This document shows, piece after piece, positions 21,744-30,279 of a stretch of 64,000 nucleotides of DNA. The DNA lies in the NCBI GenBank assembly GCA_938020365.1, contig CALIIB010000107.1, positions 292-64,291 of the forward strand, in the 5' to 3' direction. This DNA is from an uncultured Streptococcus sp. (GTDB lineage: Bacteria; Bacillota; Bacilli; Lactobacillales; Streptococcaceae). The translations under genes and the position numbers were made by a program. Under the pieces are notes generated by a model. The model was not told the DNA's origin, ran no database searches, and saw nothing but the letters and a program-made list of their open reading frames with translations. Position 1 is the first letter of the stretch, and each line of letters starts with the position of its first letter.

Positions 21744-22520
21744 ATGAAGAGGAACTACACGAGGGTCATTGATGAAATGCGAACCACTCACGGTCTGAAC
21801 TTGGTAGCTATCGGCCAACGAATAGGCATAGACCCCCGAACAGTTGGCAAGTGGGCACAGGGCAAGCATAAGCCCAACAAGGAAAGCAGAAAAAGACTAA
21901 ACAAGTTATACAGAGAGGTTAAGCAAGACATGACAACACAAGTAAGTATTTTTGAAGAGACAACAGACCAAGGGCAACTATTACAGGTTGTCACTACTAC
22001 TATTATTCACGGTCAGCCATTGGACATCTACGGCAGTGAACAGGAACCGCTATTTTTAGCTAGGGCGATTGCTGAGATGATTGACTACAGCAAAACATCA
22101 CAAGGATATTATGATGTGCAATCAATGCTAAGAAAAGTAGATGAAGATGAAAAAGTAAAAGGGACACCTTTGGACGGTACTACGGAAACTTTCCGTAGTG
22201 GTCAACAAGTTTGGTTTTTAACTGAGCATGGACTCTATGAGGTGCTTATGAGGTCAACCAAACCAAAAGCCAAAGAGTTTAAAAAAGTAATCAAGCACAT
22301 TCTGAAAGAAATCCGACTAAATGGCTACTACATGGCTGGGAAACTGGTGGAAGAACCACAGACCACTATAAAAGCCCCTGACACGTTGGCAGAGGCAGAG
22401 CGGTATTATATCGATACACTAGCCAAAGCCATTGCAGAGGCTCAAAATATGGACGAGAAGAGCCGTCTGACAAGCAAGCTAACCCGATTCATACAGGAGG
22501 TAGAACCACAATGGAACTAG
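21744..22520 (+). CDS. HTH + Bro-N domain protein (antirepressor-like)
   Basis: 258 aa. N-terminal HTH (IGIDPRTVGKWAQG), then a Bro-N-like core (...PLFLARAIAEMIDY...VWFLTEHGLYEVLMRSTKPKAKEFKKVI). Confidence 0.65.
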   Translation: MKRNYTRVIDEMRTTHGLNLVAIGQRIGIDPRTVGKWAQGKHKPNKESRKRLNKLYREVKQDMTTQVSIFEETTDQGQLLQVVTTTIIHGQPLDIYGSEQEPLFLARAIAEMIDYSKTSQGYYDVQSMLRKVDEDEKVKGTPLDGTTETFRSGQQVWFLTEHGLYEVLMRSTKPKAKEFKKVIKHILKEIRLNGYYMAGKLVEEPQTTIKAPDTLAEAERYYIDTLAKAIAEAQNMDEKSRLTSKLTRFIQEVEPQWN

Positions 22521-23140
22521 TCTACATGGACGGCAAGAAAGAGCCGTACACCACAAGCGAGATAATCTCTGAATGTGCTGGAGTACAGCACCACACTGTA
22601 ACACGCCTACTAAGAAATCACAAAGAGCGATTTACGGCGTTTGGATTTTATGGATTTGAAATCCATAAATTAGACGGAAAAGGACGACCTAAAAAGGTCT
22701 ATCGTTTAAACGAGCAACAAGCTACTCTACTAATCACTTACTTAGACAACACACCGCAAGTTGTTGAGTTCAAGACAAACCTAGTCAAAGCATTCTTTGA
22801 AATGCGGGACGAGCTAACTCAGTTTAAGCTGCAGCGTGCTTTAGAAAAGCCAAAGCGCAAGACTTTGCATGACAGCATAGAAAGCTGGAAGGAAGCTCCA
22901 AAGCACGCGCATAGCACCATTACAAACCTTTTGCTAAAAGGCACTAGCGGCATGAATAAAAAGCAACTGATGGCAGCGCGTGGCGGTCTGACAGGTATCG
23001 ATAGCTTGACCAGTACCGAGCTTGTCAGATACCAAGCCTTGGAAGATATGGCGATAGCTATGATTAACCTAGGCATGACCTATCAGGATATTAAGTCTAT
23101 GGTCTTCAGACCAAAAGAAAACGCACCACAAGGCGCGTGA
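22511..23140 (+). CDS. Rha-family phage regulatory protein
   Basis: 209 aa. EPYTTSEIISECAGVQHHTVTRLLRNHKERF...YRLNEQQATLLITYLDN is typical of the Phage_pRha family. Confidence 0.7.
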   Translation: MELVYMDGKKEPYTTSEIISECAGVQHHTVTRLLRNHKERFTAFGFYGFEIHKLDGKGRPKKVYRLNEQQATLLITYLDNTPQVVEFKTNLVKAFFEMRDELTQFKLQRALEKPKRKTLHDSIESWKEAPKHAHSTITNLLLKGTSGMNKKQLMAARGGLTGIDSLTSTELVRYQALEDMAIAMINLGMTYQDIKSMVFRPKENAPQGA

Positions 23141-23422
23141 GAGCAACAAAAAAGGCTTACCGAGACCAATCAGCAAAGCCTTTCGCACTATCACTAAAAC
23201 ATAATAAACAAGCAGGCAAGCTGTTATTAAAAGGGTTTTAGTAAAGATTTATACCTAGATTATAGCATATCTAGGACACTTTGACCATACGGAGAGCGCC
23301 AACTCTTTAAACTGGTACTTTCTCACGCTTTCAAACTTTGGCGAGTCTGAGCGTAGGGAAATCATGTATAAGAAACAACCATTCAAAAAACTCTAAATAC
23401 ATAAAAAATCGAGGTAAATACC

Positions 23423-23725
23423 ATGAAAAAACAAGACCAAAATCAAACAGTTGCTCTGACAGTTAAGCAAATCAAAGAACAAGGCCGACGTGCTACAAAC
23501 GTTATGACGAGAATAGATACTCTAAAAGGATATGCTAACAGTCTTATGCTAGCCATGGACAGCGAGCCAGATAGAACTGTTCTATTGAGCTGCCTAAATA
23601 ACTTTCTAAGCCAGGTATATGACCAGATGGATGTAGTGCATCAGGAACTAGACGCTGTGGCATATCAGCTACTGGAATGTGACAATCCAGAAGAACTAAA
23701 AGCCTATCTGAGCGCTAAAGGATGA
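23423..23725 (+). CDS. Hypothetical protein (helical)
   Basis: 100-aa ORF with SD GAGG, in the island early operon. No recognisable motif. Confidence 0.5.
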   Translation: MKKQDQNQTVALTVKQIKEQGRRATNVMTRIDTLKGYANSLMLAMDSEPDRTVLLSCLNNFLSQVYDQMDVVHQELDAVAYQLLECDNPEELKAYLSAKG

Positions 23726-23747
23726 AAAAACAGAGGGAGTTATTAAA

Positions 23748-23918
23748 ATGAGCGAGCTACTAGGTGCAATTTTAACACTACTACTTTTCTTTCTAGCTGG
23801 CGTATGTGCTGAGCTGTTTCACTCCTGGGCTATTGCTTACAGACGCCGAGGGTATATCACCAAACGGCAACTCAGAAAGATGGAAAAATGGCTTGAAACA
23901 ATGGAGGGCAGAGGATGA
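23748..23918 (+). CDS. Small membrane protein (56 aa; absent from the ORF track)
   Basis: Preceded by GGGAG. Sequence MSELLGAILTLLLFFLAGVCAELF... has one TM helix followed by a basic tail. Its stop overlaps the next ATG (ATGA). Confidence 0.5.
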   Translation: MSELLGAILTLLLFFLAGVCAELFHSWAIAYRRRGYITKRQLRKMEKWLETMEGRG

Positions 23919-24130
23919 CGGATAAAACGAATGATATTCTAGTGGACTATGAAGGGCTTTGCGGACAGTTAAAGGACATTCTGGAGGTTTTAGAATTAGC
24001 TAGCGCAGAGGAGGGGCAGAGAACTTTTCCCCTACTCCATACAGCTAACCACGCTCTAAAACAACTCATTTCAGAACACGACGCCCTAGCCGAGAAATAC
24101 CGAAAGGAGGGCGGCCATGACGGAGCTTGA
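23915..24130 (+). CDS. Hypothetical protein
   Basis: 71-aa ORF, translationally coupled on both sides. Confidence 0.5.
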   Translation: MTDKTNDILVDYEGLCGQLKDILEVLELASAEEGQRTFPLLHTANHALKQLISEHDALAEKYRKEGGHDGA

Positions 24131-24449
24131 AGAAAGAATTTTAAGATTGATACCCGTAGGGGCGGACGAGCCACGCGCAGGGCGGGATATAGCCAATGTG
24201 CTAGGGCTAGAGATGAGAGCCTTACGAGATCATATTCTCCGGCTTATCGTTCGCTATGGTATTCCCATTGTGGCCAAACGTGGGGCAAGTAACGGCTACT
24301 ATATCCCTGCTAACGATACCGAACGCCTAGTAGGTATCAGAGAGCTAAAGGCTCAGTATGACACAGAGGGAAAGCGTCTAGATGTGCTTATCAAAGCCGA
24401 TCTAGAAAGCTACAAAGAGCTGCTGAAGGGAGCTGATCAGAATGTTTAG
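24117..24449 (+). CDS. Winged-helix-like DNA-binding protein (hypothetical)
   Basis: 110 aa. The RAGRDIANVLGLEMRALRDHILRLIVRYGIPIV segment looks like a wHTH. The call is an inference. Confidence 0.45.
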   Translation: MTELEERILRLIPVGADEPRAGRDIANVLGLEMRALRDHILRLIVRYGIPIVAKRGASNGYYIPANDTERLVGIRELKAQYDTEGKRLDVLIKADLESYKELLKGADQNV

Positions 24450-24717
24450 TCTCAGCAAAGAAAGTGAATATGAGCTAACTCATGGCGTTCTGGAGCTTGT
24501 GGAGAACTATCTAGAAGCGCGTGAGAGTACAAAACCACGCTTGACAGGGTTAATTTCAGCCCAGCAAGCAATGGACGAACTGGATATAAAATATAAGACA
24601 TTGCAACGATGGGAAAAGGCGGGACTAAGACGATACAAGCCACCACTAGAGGATGCTAGGAAAATCTATTATAGAGTTTCGGACGTGCTGAAGTTTCTGG
24701 GGGTGGAAAATGGCTAG
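24442..24717 (+). CDS. Excisionase/MerR-type HTH protein (AlpA/Xis-like)
   Basis: 91 aa. ISAQQAMDELDIKYKTLQRWEKAGL...YYRVSDVLKFL resembles an HTH_17 excisionase fold. Confidence 0.55.
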   Translation: MFSLSKESEYELTHGVLELVENYLEARESTKPRLTGLISAQQAMDELDIKYKTLQRWEKAGLRRYKPPLEDARKIYYRVSDVLKFLGVENG

Positions 24718-24865
24718 CTTTGAAAGATTCCCCGGACAGAGAAAATCTGTCCGGACTACCAACGGCTACACTTGGAAAAATAGACAATTAACGCTTGAGC
24801 AACGCAAAGAGTTACAACAATTAAAGAAAATGAAAAAGAAACGATTGAAAAACCAGAAAGGATAA
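24710..24865 (+). CDS. Small basic protein (51 aa; absent from the ORF track)
   Basis: ATG overlaps the preceding stop. Sequence MASFERFPGQRKSVRTTNGYTWKNRQLTLEQRKELQQLKKMKKKRLKNQKG. Ends 3 nt before the rep ATG. Confidence 0.4.
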   Translation: MASFERFPGQRKSVRTTNGYTWKNRQLTLEQRKELQQLKKMKKKRLKNQKG

Positions 24866-24868
24866 CCA

Positions 24869-26098
24869 ATGACAGAAATTAAAAAACTAGGACAAGTTCC
24901 TGCTGAGACAATAGGGCCCTCTGCTAGCATTTTGACAGGATTGTTGAGACGCGGGCAAGTATTGGGTATATCGGCACCAAGAAGATCCTTAAAGACTAGC
25001 GTAGTTATTTCCCTAGCTCTATCTTTAGTCCAAGGGAGTAATTGGCTAGAGTGGAAGAGTAAAAGAGCTTTCAACGTCTTGTATATCAATACGAATCATA
25101 AAGAAAACGACTGTTTTAGTAAGTTCATGCAGATTGCCCAACTTTTAGAAGTTGAGCAAAAAGATCTTGACAATATTTCTATCTTAACTCTTCCAAAGTC
25201 AACGGCTTTAGAAGAGTTAGCCAAAGTTGTAAAAGATAAAGTACCAAACAACGCTTTTCAAGTGGTTATTATTGATAGTATTGATAATTTGAAATTACTA
25301 CAGTTTGGGGGCTCCTTAGGGGATTATTTGCAACAGATTAACCAACACGTAGGCGGCGGCCTGATCTATACACAAAGTCATAGAGATAGACCGAAAGGGA
25401 CTACGGAAAGTTCAGACTTTGCGCAGTGGTCAGAGTCTCTAGCTCATTGCGATAGCTTGTTGGAATTTTTCAAGATGGAATTAGATCCAGAATTGTTACG
25501 CCTAGAGAGGCTAGAAGCCGTCTGGGATTTGGCCAAGAATGTAATGACTACGCACAATAAAAGATATTTTCAGCTAAACGTAACAAATGATTATATCAGT
25601 TTTAAAAACAAGAGAGCAACAAGCGAGGATCTACGAAATCATATTGAGGTAGCGCTAGAACCTTTACCTACTGAACAGACGCAGGAAATTCTAACACATT
25701 TTGATAACATAGATTTGCCGTTAAAAACGCGAACTTATTGGAGACTTGAAGCAGTTACCTCGGAAGCTGATTACGACGGGGAGAAAAATTTTCTTTTCTA
25801 CTATCCACAGTTGATAAATGATAAGGAGAAAATATTAGCCTATCACGAACCAGGGTTACCACTTTCAAAAGAACAGAAAGAAAAAGCATGGGCTAATGAA
25901 GAAACGAAAGAAAAAGCGACAAACAAATTAAAATCTATGATAGCAAACTTTGAACAGGCGAATAATAGACTACCCAATAAGTCAGAGCTTTCTCGTTTTG
26001 CCAAAATCAGCAGACCTACCTTAGACAAATTGATTGATGAATCCGATAATAACATAGTGGTCGTCGATGGAATGATACAAGAAAACCCTGCTTATTAA
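24869..26098 (+). CDS. Replication initiator, RepA/AAA_25-like ATPase with an atypical P-loop
   Basis: 409 aa. P-loop-like GISAPRRSLKTS and Walker B VVIIDSID. Immediately followed by the iteron field, as with SaPI/PICI Rep-ori pairs. Confidence 0.6.
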   Translation: MTEIKKLGQVPAETIGPSASILTGLLRRGQVLGISAPRRSLKTSVVISLALSLVQGSNWLEWKSKRAFNVLYINTNHKENDCFSKFMQIAQLLEVEQKDLDNISILTLPKSTALEELAKVVKDKVPNNAFQVVIIDSIDNLKLLQFGGSLGDYLQQINQHVGGGLIYTQSHRDRPKGTTESSDFAQWSESLAHCDSLLEFFKMELDPELLRLERLEAVWDLAKNVMTTHNKRYFQLNVTNDYISFKNKRATSEDLRNHIEVALEPLPTEQTQEILTHFDNIDLPLKTRTYWRLEAVTSEADYDGEKNFLFYYPQLINDKEKILAYHEPGLPLSKEQKEKAWANEETKEKATNKLKSMIANFEQANNRLPNKSELSRFAKISRPTLDKLIDESDNNIVVVDGMIQENPAY

Positions 26099-26109
26099 CA
26101 ACTTTAAAC

Positions 26110-26362
26110 ATGTAAAGAGTTGTAAACTTTACAAATGTAAAAGTTGTAAAAAGGTGTAAAAAAAGTGTAAAAATTTTACATGATTTTACACCTTTACAAA
26201 CGTAAAATTTACAATCCTTTACAACTCATTGTAAAAGATGTAAAACAATTGTTTTTTTTACACTTGTAAATTATAAAACATAACTCAAAAAGCGTTGGTG
26301 TTATTGGATTTTTTAGGAGTTGTAAAGGGTTGTAAACACTTGTAAATTTTACAGATGTAAAA
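26110..26362. repeat. Iteron field / predicted island replication origin
   Basis: More than 20 copies of (T)GTAAA(A) and its complement TTTACA within about 250 bp, in two clusters (26110-26275 and 26318-26362). Confidence 0.75.
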
Positions 26363-26366
26363 CAAG

Positions 26367-26407
26367 GGACATGACTAGAATAGCCTAGCGTCAATTCTAG
26401 TTTGTCC
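26367..26407. other. 13-bp interrupted inverted repeat next to the ori
   Basis: GGACA-tg-ACTAGAAT ... ATTCTAGT-t-TGTCC. Confidence 0.5.
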
Positions 26408-26421
26408 AATTTTCGTGAAAT

Positions 26422-26492
26422 GTGGAAGTAAGGAGCAGGAACAGGGGCGATTGAGCTACGCCCCCTGTAACCCTGTCCTTTAACACTTCCAC
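26422..26492. other. GC-rich long imperfect hairpin (about 27 bp paired)
   Basis: Outer stem GTGGAAGT/ACTTCCAC, then AAGGA/TCCTT, CAGG/CCTG and CAGGGGCG/CGCCCCCTG around a 9-nt loop. Paired by hand. Confidence 0.5.
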
Positions 26493-26533
26493 GTTGCGCG
26501 GATATATATTGTAAAAAATGGAGTAGTGAACTA

Positions 26534-27010
26534 GTGGTAAAGAAGAGATTAAATAAACGAGTTATCCAAGACAAAAATTTTTTAGCCTTCAAGTCAATGC
26601 CCTACATGGAAAATATTGGAGAGGTTATTAAGTGGGCTGGTGAGAACGAACCGATGAGATATATTTTTGATAGAGTAAGAAAGTATTTAGTATTTGATAA
26701 AGCTATTTGTAAGTGGCAAGGTAGGAATTATGGAAAGCAGTCCAGGGAGTTGCTTTCTAAAACCCCACGTTTAAGGTACATCACAAAGAGTATATATGAG
26801 AAGATGGAAGAAAGTGAATTGGATCTTCTTCCACCACAAAATGGAGGTTCTGCTTCTTATATTTCTGAATGGGAAACTTTTAAAAACAGTGAGCTTGTCC
26901 AGACCTTGAAGCATGAAGACAAACTACTAAAATATTTTGTAATTTTAGCTATACAACAGGGGTATATTATTCTCGATAACCGTAAAAAATTTGTTGGTAT
27001 TGATTATTGA
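26534..27010 (+). CDS. Hypothetical protein (island cargo 1)
   Basis: 158-aa ORF from a GTG start; an alternative ATG lies at 26597. Overlaps the next ORF frame by 4 nt. No recognisable motif. Confidence 0.5.
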   Translation: MVKKRLNKRVIQDKNFLAFKSMPYMENIGEVIKWAGENEPMRYIFDRVRKYLVFDKAICKWQGRNYGKQSRELLSKTPRLRYITKSIYEKMEESELDLLPPQNGGSASYISEWETFKNSELVQTLKHEDKLLKYFVILAIQQGYIILDNRKKFVGIDY

Positions 27011-27033
27011 AAAATAGAAAAAGGAGAAATAAC

Positions 27034-27567
27034 ATGACATTAAAAAAATTTTCAGACAAAGCAAAAACATTCACTTTCACTTACGATTTTAAAGACCTAG
27101 ATACTGCTATGGTAGCAGGTCACGCGCTACTGGGATATATGACTGGAACATATTTCCAGCCTACAATCTCATTGACCTACAAGGATAAGGGAACGCTGGG
27201 CGCTGAGTATGTGGAGGATAAGAAGTTAAACAAGACCTTTAAGCGCATTTGTGACAGTTTCAAAGACTATTACAACCAACCAGTGGACGATGAAGCATTT
27301 GAAGAGCGTTACAAACAGGCGCGCGTGCTTCAACTCAAAGAGTCAGAGGACTTTGAAAGTTTGCTGAACAAGGTCGCAGCCTACGAGCTAGAGCTATTAG
27401 ACTATGCTGATTGCTTGCTTTCTGATAAGCCTATCCCTATGGAATCTATGACCGCTTTTGGTACGTTGGAAACGCTGGGCGATGAAAGTATTAGTCTACT
27501 CAAAAAGTTGGACGTAGAAGGCGAATATAAAGGCCTTGCTGGTTATGTGGCAGAGTCAGAAAGCTAG
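27034..27567 (+). CDS. Hypothetical acidic protein (island cargo 2)
   Basis: ATG at 27034 preceded by AAAGGAG. 177 aa with a strongly acidic C-terminal half. Followed by a terminator. Confidence 0.6.
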   Translation: MTLKKFSDKAKTFTFTYDFKDLDTAMVAGHALLGYMTGTYFQPTISLTYKDKGTLGAEYVEDKKLNKTFKRICDSFKDYYNQPVDDEAFEERYKQARVLQLKESEDFESLLNKVAAYELELLDYADCLLSDKPIPMESMTAFGTLETLGDESISLLKKLDVEGEYKGLAGYVAESES

Positions 27568-27576
27568 AACTATTAA

Positions 27577-27598
27577 GAGAGGCCTCAGCCTCTTTTTG
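27577..27598 (+). terminator. Rho-independent terminator
   Basis: AGAGGC-ctca-GCCTCT followed by TTTTT. Confidence 0.7.
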
Positions 27599-27652
27599 TG
27601 GCTTAATTGCTACTTATCCCAATAGATTTGGGGTTTTCTGTATATAGATATT

Positions 27653-28180
27653 TTGGAGCAGATGGAAACTATAAAATCAATAGCCATAGAGACATTTATA
27701 AAGCCTATGAAAATCAATAATATCTCTCATGGTATAGCTAAATTAGACAGCAAAAAACTAGAAATAGACTTAGATAATTTATGGATCACCCTTGGCAAAG
27801 ACTACTTTGATTTAGATAGAATATCAGGGACTAAGGGAGGCTATCTCTACTTCTTTCTATGCCCTATCTGCAGCAAGCGGTGCAGAAAACTCTTTAAGCG
27901 ACATATACTTTATGGTTGTGGATCATGCCAGAAAATACATAAGTCAACCCTAAACCGCAGTAAGACAGATTGCCAATACTATTGGGAGAGAGCACTGAGA
28001 GAGGCTAGAAAGGTAGAGCCGGGCTGGAGTCCCAAACGTGGCGGATATATGTTTGATGCTTTTCCTGAACGACCTAAGTATATGAAACGCGCCAGGTATT
28101 ATAAGCACTATCAAAAATTCCTGAACTATACTAGAAAAGGTGACAGTCTTTGGATGAATGGTTTGGGTAGATTGAGGTAG
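27653..28180 (+). CDS. Hypothetical basic zinc-ribbon protein (island cargo 3)
   Basis: 175 aa from a TTG start; an ATG lies at 27662. CPIC-x15-CGSC motif in a Lys/Arg/Tyr-rich sequence. Confidence 0.55.
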   Translation: MEQMETIKSIAIETFIKPMKINNISHGIAKLDSKKLEIDLDNLWITLGKDYFDLDRISGTKGGYLYFFLCPICSKRCRKLFKRHILYGCGSCQKIHKSTLNRSKTDCQYYWERALREARKVEPGWSPKRGGYMFDAFPERPKYMKRARYYKHYQKFLNYTRKGDSLWMNGLGRLR

Positions 28181-28431
28181 CTTCTCGGCAACTAAACGGA
28201 ATAGCTAAAGTTCTAAAAAATACCAGATTTTGGGTTATGCTGCGCGTGCTCGAACCTCGAGCGAACATAGAGAAATAGCAAAATATCCCCTGTCATTTAT
28301 CAAGCAGAGAAGGAACAAATATCTCGCCTTATCTGTTTACAACATGCTTTCAAACATGGACAATTATGGACATAACCCGCCAGTCGTCTAAAATATAAAA
28401 AGCCAAGACGCCCCGCCTCAGCTTGATCGAT

Positions 28432-28785
28432 TCATGCTTCAAAAATGAAGTTATAGAGTTGAACAACCTTCTGAAAGCTCGGTGTGTCCATGGTGGTGAT
28501 TTTTTGCGCCTGGCGTTCTCGAAAGTCGAAGGTGTAGAGCTGGAGCGGATTCACTGAGCCGTCTACCTCAGAGGATAGAACAGGAACCAGCAAGCCTAGC
28601 TTTTCTAGTTTCTTCTGGCCATGCGTAACAGGGCAGACGGCAACGAAGCCAGTGCGTTCTGAGTATTCCTTACGAGATACCACCACGGCAGGGCGGCGCT
28701 TCTGTATCTCACGCCCAACAGATGGATCAAAGTCTATCCAGATGATATCCTGCTTTTCTGGGATATAGTTAGATTTCGCTGTCAA
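28432..28785 (-). CDS. mazF: MazF/PemK-family endoribonuclease toxin
   Basis: 117 aa. The IIWIDFDPSVGREIQKRRPAVVVS...VCPVT pattern is typical of PemK/MazF. Confidence 0.85.
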   Translation of the reverse strand: MTAKSNYIPEKQDIIWIDFDPSVGREIQKRRPAVVVSRKEYSERTGFVAVCPVTHGQKKLEKLGLLVPVLSSEVDGSVNPLQLYTFDFRERQAQKITTMDTPSFQKVVQLYNFIFEA

Positions 28786-28984
28786 GTACTTTCACCCCTT
28801 CAAAGTCATTTTCCATACGGAGATCAGCCGCTTCAGCGAATGGATCTGCAATCTTTGGAGCTAGGACAATCACATTATCAACGCCCTTGTAAACGACCAT
28901 TTCTTGACCTTCCGGGACATCAAGCGCCTTAGGAATGGTCACAGTCAGAGAGTTCCCAACTTTACGGGTTTTTACTGTATTCAT
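28769..28984 (-). CDS. mazE: MazE/AbrB-SpoVT-family antitoxin
   Basis: MNTVKTRKVGNSLTVTIPKAL (SpoVT/AbrB swapped hairpin). ATG at 28984 with SD AAAGGAG. Overlaps the mazF start. Confidence 0.8.
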   Translation of the reverse strand: MNTVKTRKVGNSLTVTIPKALDVPEGQEMVVYKGVDNVIVLAPKIADPFAEAADLRMENDFEGVKVLDSEI

Positions 28985-29117
28985 TTCTTTTCTCCTTTGT
29001 TTGTATATATAAAGTATATACCGAAAAAGAGAGAAAAGCAAGCAAAAAGCCAGCCTTGCGACTGACTCCTTGGTATAGATTTAATAGATTTATTATACCA
29101 CAAGAGGAGGCCAAAGC

Positions 29118-29552
29118 GTGACACCAGAGCAAGTAAAAGCAAAGTTAGAAGGTATTAGATGGTTAGATAAAGAGATTCAGAGTTTGCAGTTAGAACTTCA
29201 GTATTTAGATCAAGGTTTATTTAAAAAATCAACTCTGACACAAACCAAAGTCCAGACTAGTAGAGTGAACAATACAGAGAATGAACTTGTCTATGTTTTG
29301 AAGTTGAAAGAAGATATACAAAACAGACTCTCCAATCTAATCAATGAACGTTTAGAAACTTCTAAACTCATTGACAAGCTGAGCGATCCTCTTGAAAGGT
29401 CAGTATTGCGGATGTTCTATGTCAATCACTTGGAAATATGGAATATCGAAGACAAGATAGAAAAGTCAAAAACTACAATTTACAGGATAAAGAGTTCAGG
29501 AATAAAGAAGCTTGCTAAGCTCATGGATGATAGAGCTTCTAAACTTACTTAG
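29118..29552 (+). CDS. DUF1492 / ArpU-like sigma-70 region-4-type transcriptional regulator
   Basis: 144 aa from a GTG start with SD GAGGAGG. Coiled-coil N-terminus. C-terminal LERSVLRMFYVNHL...KTTIYRIKSSGIKKLAKL resembles a sigma region 4 HTH. Confidence 0.55.
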   Translation: MTPEQVKAKLEGIRWLDKEIQSLQLELQYLDQGLFKKSTLTQTKVQTSRVNNTENELVYVLKLKEDIQNRLSNLINERLETSKLIDKLSDPLERSVLRMFYVNHLEIWNIEDKIEKSKTTIYRIKSSGIKKLAKLMDDRASKLT

Positions 29553-30005
29553 CAAAGCAGCTGCTTCCGCTGCTTGCCTTTTGGCCAAATGCTTCAGGCT
29601 ATCACTTATACTGTTCAACATTCGGAAACTACCCCTATTTTTTGAACGGGGCTATATTGTTTCGGTTTTAAAGGACGCGGCCTTTTCCGTGCGAAAAATT
29701 CCCTTTTTGAAACTTTAAAGCCATAATATAAACATGATAAGACCAACCTTTCAAGCTAGTCTAACAGCTACAATACTACCCCTTTCTGCTTCAGAGTTGA
29801 TTCATAAGGTGCGTTACCCCCCGCCCCTATGTGGTGGATAAGAGAGCCGCAACAAACTCTCGTCTTACATCACGCGCCATTTTTTCAAATTTTTAGGTAG
29901 GGGGGTAGAACCTAAAAAACATTGATAATACAAGATTTTTAGTCTCGTTATACATAAAAGCGCTCCTGTTTTAGGACTTGTTTCACCGCTAATATCGCCT
30001 TTTAG

Positions 30006-30034
30006 TTGAATACGTGTAACACGTATGATATAAT
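30006..30034 (+). promoter_or_regulatory. hicAB promoter with embedded palindromic operator
   Basis: TTGAAT (30006-30011), 17 nt, then TATAAT (30029-30034). The spacer contains the perfect palindrome ACGTGT-A-ACACGT (30012-30024). Confidence 0.65.
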
Positions 30035-30059
30035 TATCTTGTCAGGAGGTAAAAGCGCT

Positions 30060-30242
30060 ATGCCTATGACACAAAAAGAAATGGTTAAGTTACTGACTGC
30101 CCACGGTTGGATAAAGACCAAAGGCGGCAAGGGGTCGCACGTTAAGCTTGAAAAAGCTGGAGAGCGACCTATAACCATTCCCCACGGTGAGATTAACAAA
30201 TACACCGAAAGGGGTATCAAAAAGCAAGCAGGGCTGTTATAG
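30060..30242 (+). CDS. hicA: HicA-family mRNA interferase toxin
   Basis: MPMTQKEMVKLLTAHGWIKTKGGKGSHVKLEK...ITIPHG. SD AGGAGG lies 8 nt upstream of the ATG at 30060. Confidence 0.85.
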   Translation: MPMTQKEMVKLLTAHGWIKTKGGKGSHVKLEKAGERPITIPHGEINKYTERGIKKQAGLL

Positions 30243-30279
30243 TGACAGCCTACCGCTTGTTTTCTTTTGGAGGTAAACT

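Noticed and set aside
26110-26362. Possible CRISPR array suggested by the dense short repeats
   Set aside because: The repeat units are only 6-8 nt, irregularly spaced and in both orientations. There are no 25-40-nt repeat and spacer units and no cas genes. The pattern is an iteron origin, not a CRISPR array.
26209-26592. 127-aa minus-strand ORF in the track
   Set aside because: It runs straight through the TGTAAA/TTTACA iteron field and the GC-rich hairpin. Its sequence is dominated by repeat-derived Leu/Phe/Thr/Lys codons and it has no SD. It is best explained as a by-product of the origin repeats.
29553-30005. 450-bp non-coding stretch in the island, with a terminator-like hairpin (AGCAGC..GCTGCT) at its left end and a long-range C6/G6 pairing (TACCCCCC at about 29816 with GGGGGGTA at about 29899)
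   Set aside because: I considered a structured ncRNA or a decayed gene. There is no clear promoter, no convincing compact fold and no SD-led ORF. The evidence is insufficient from a single sequence.
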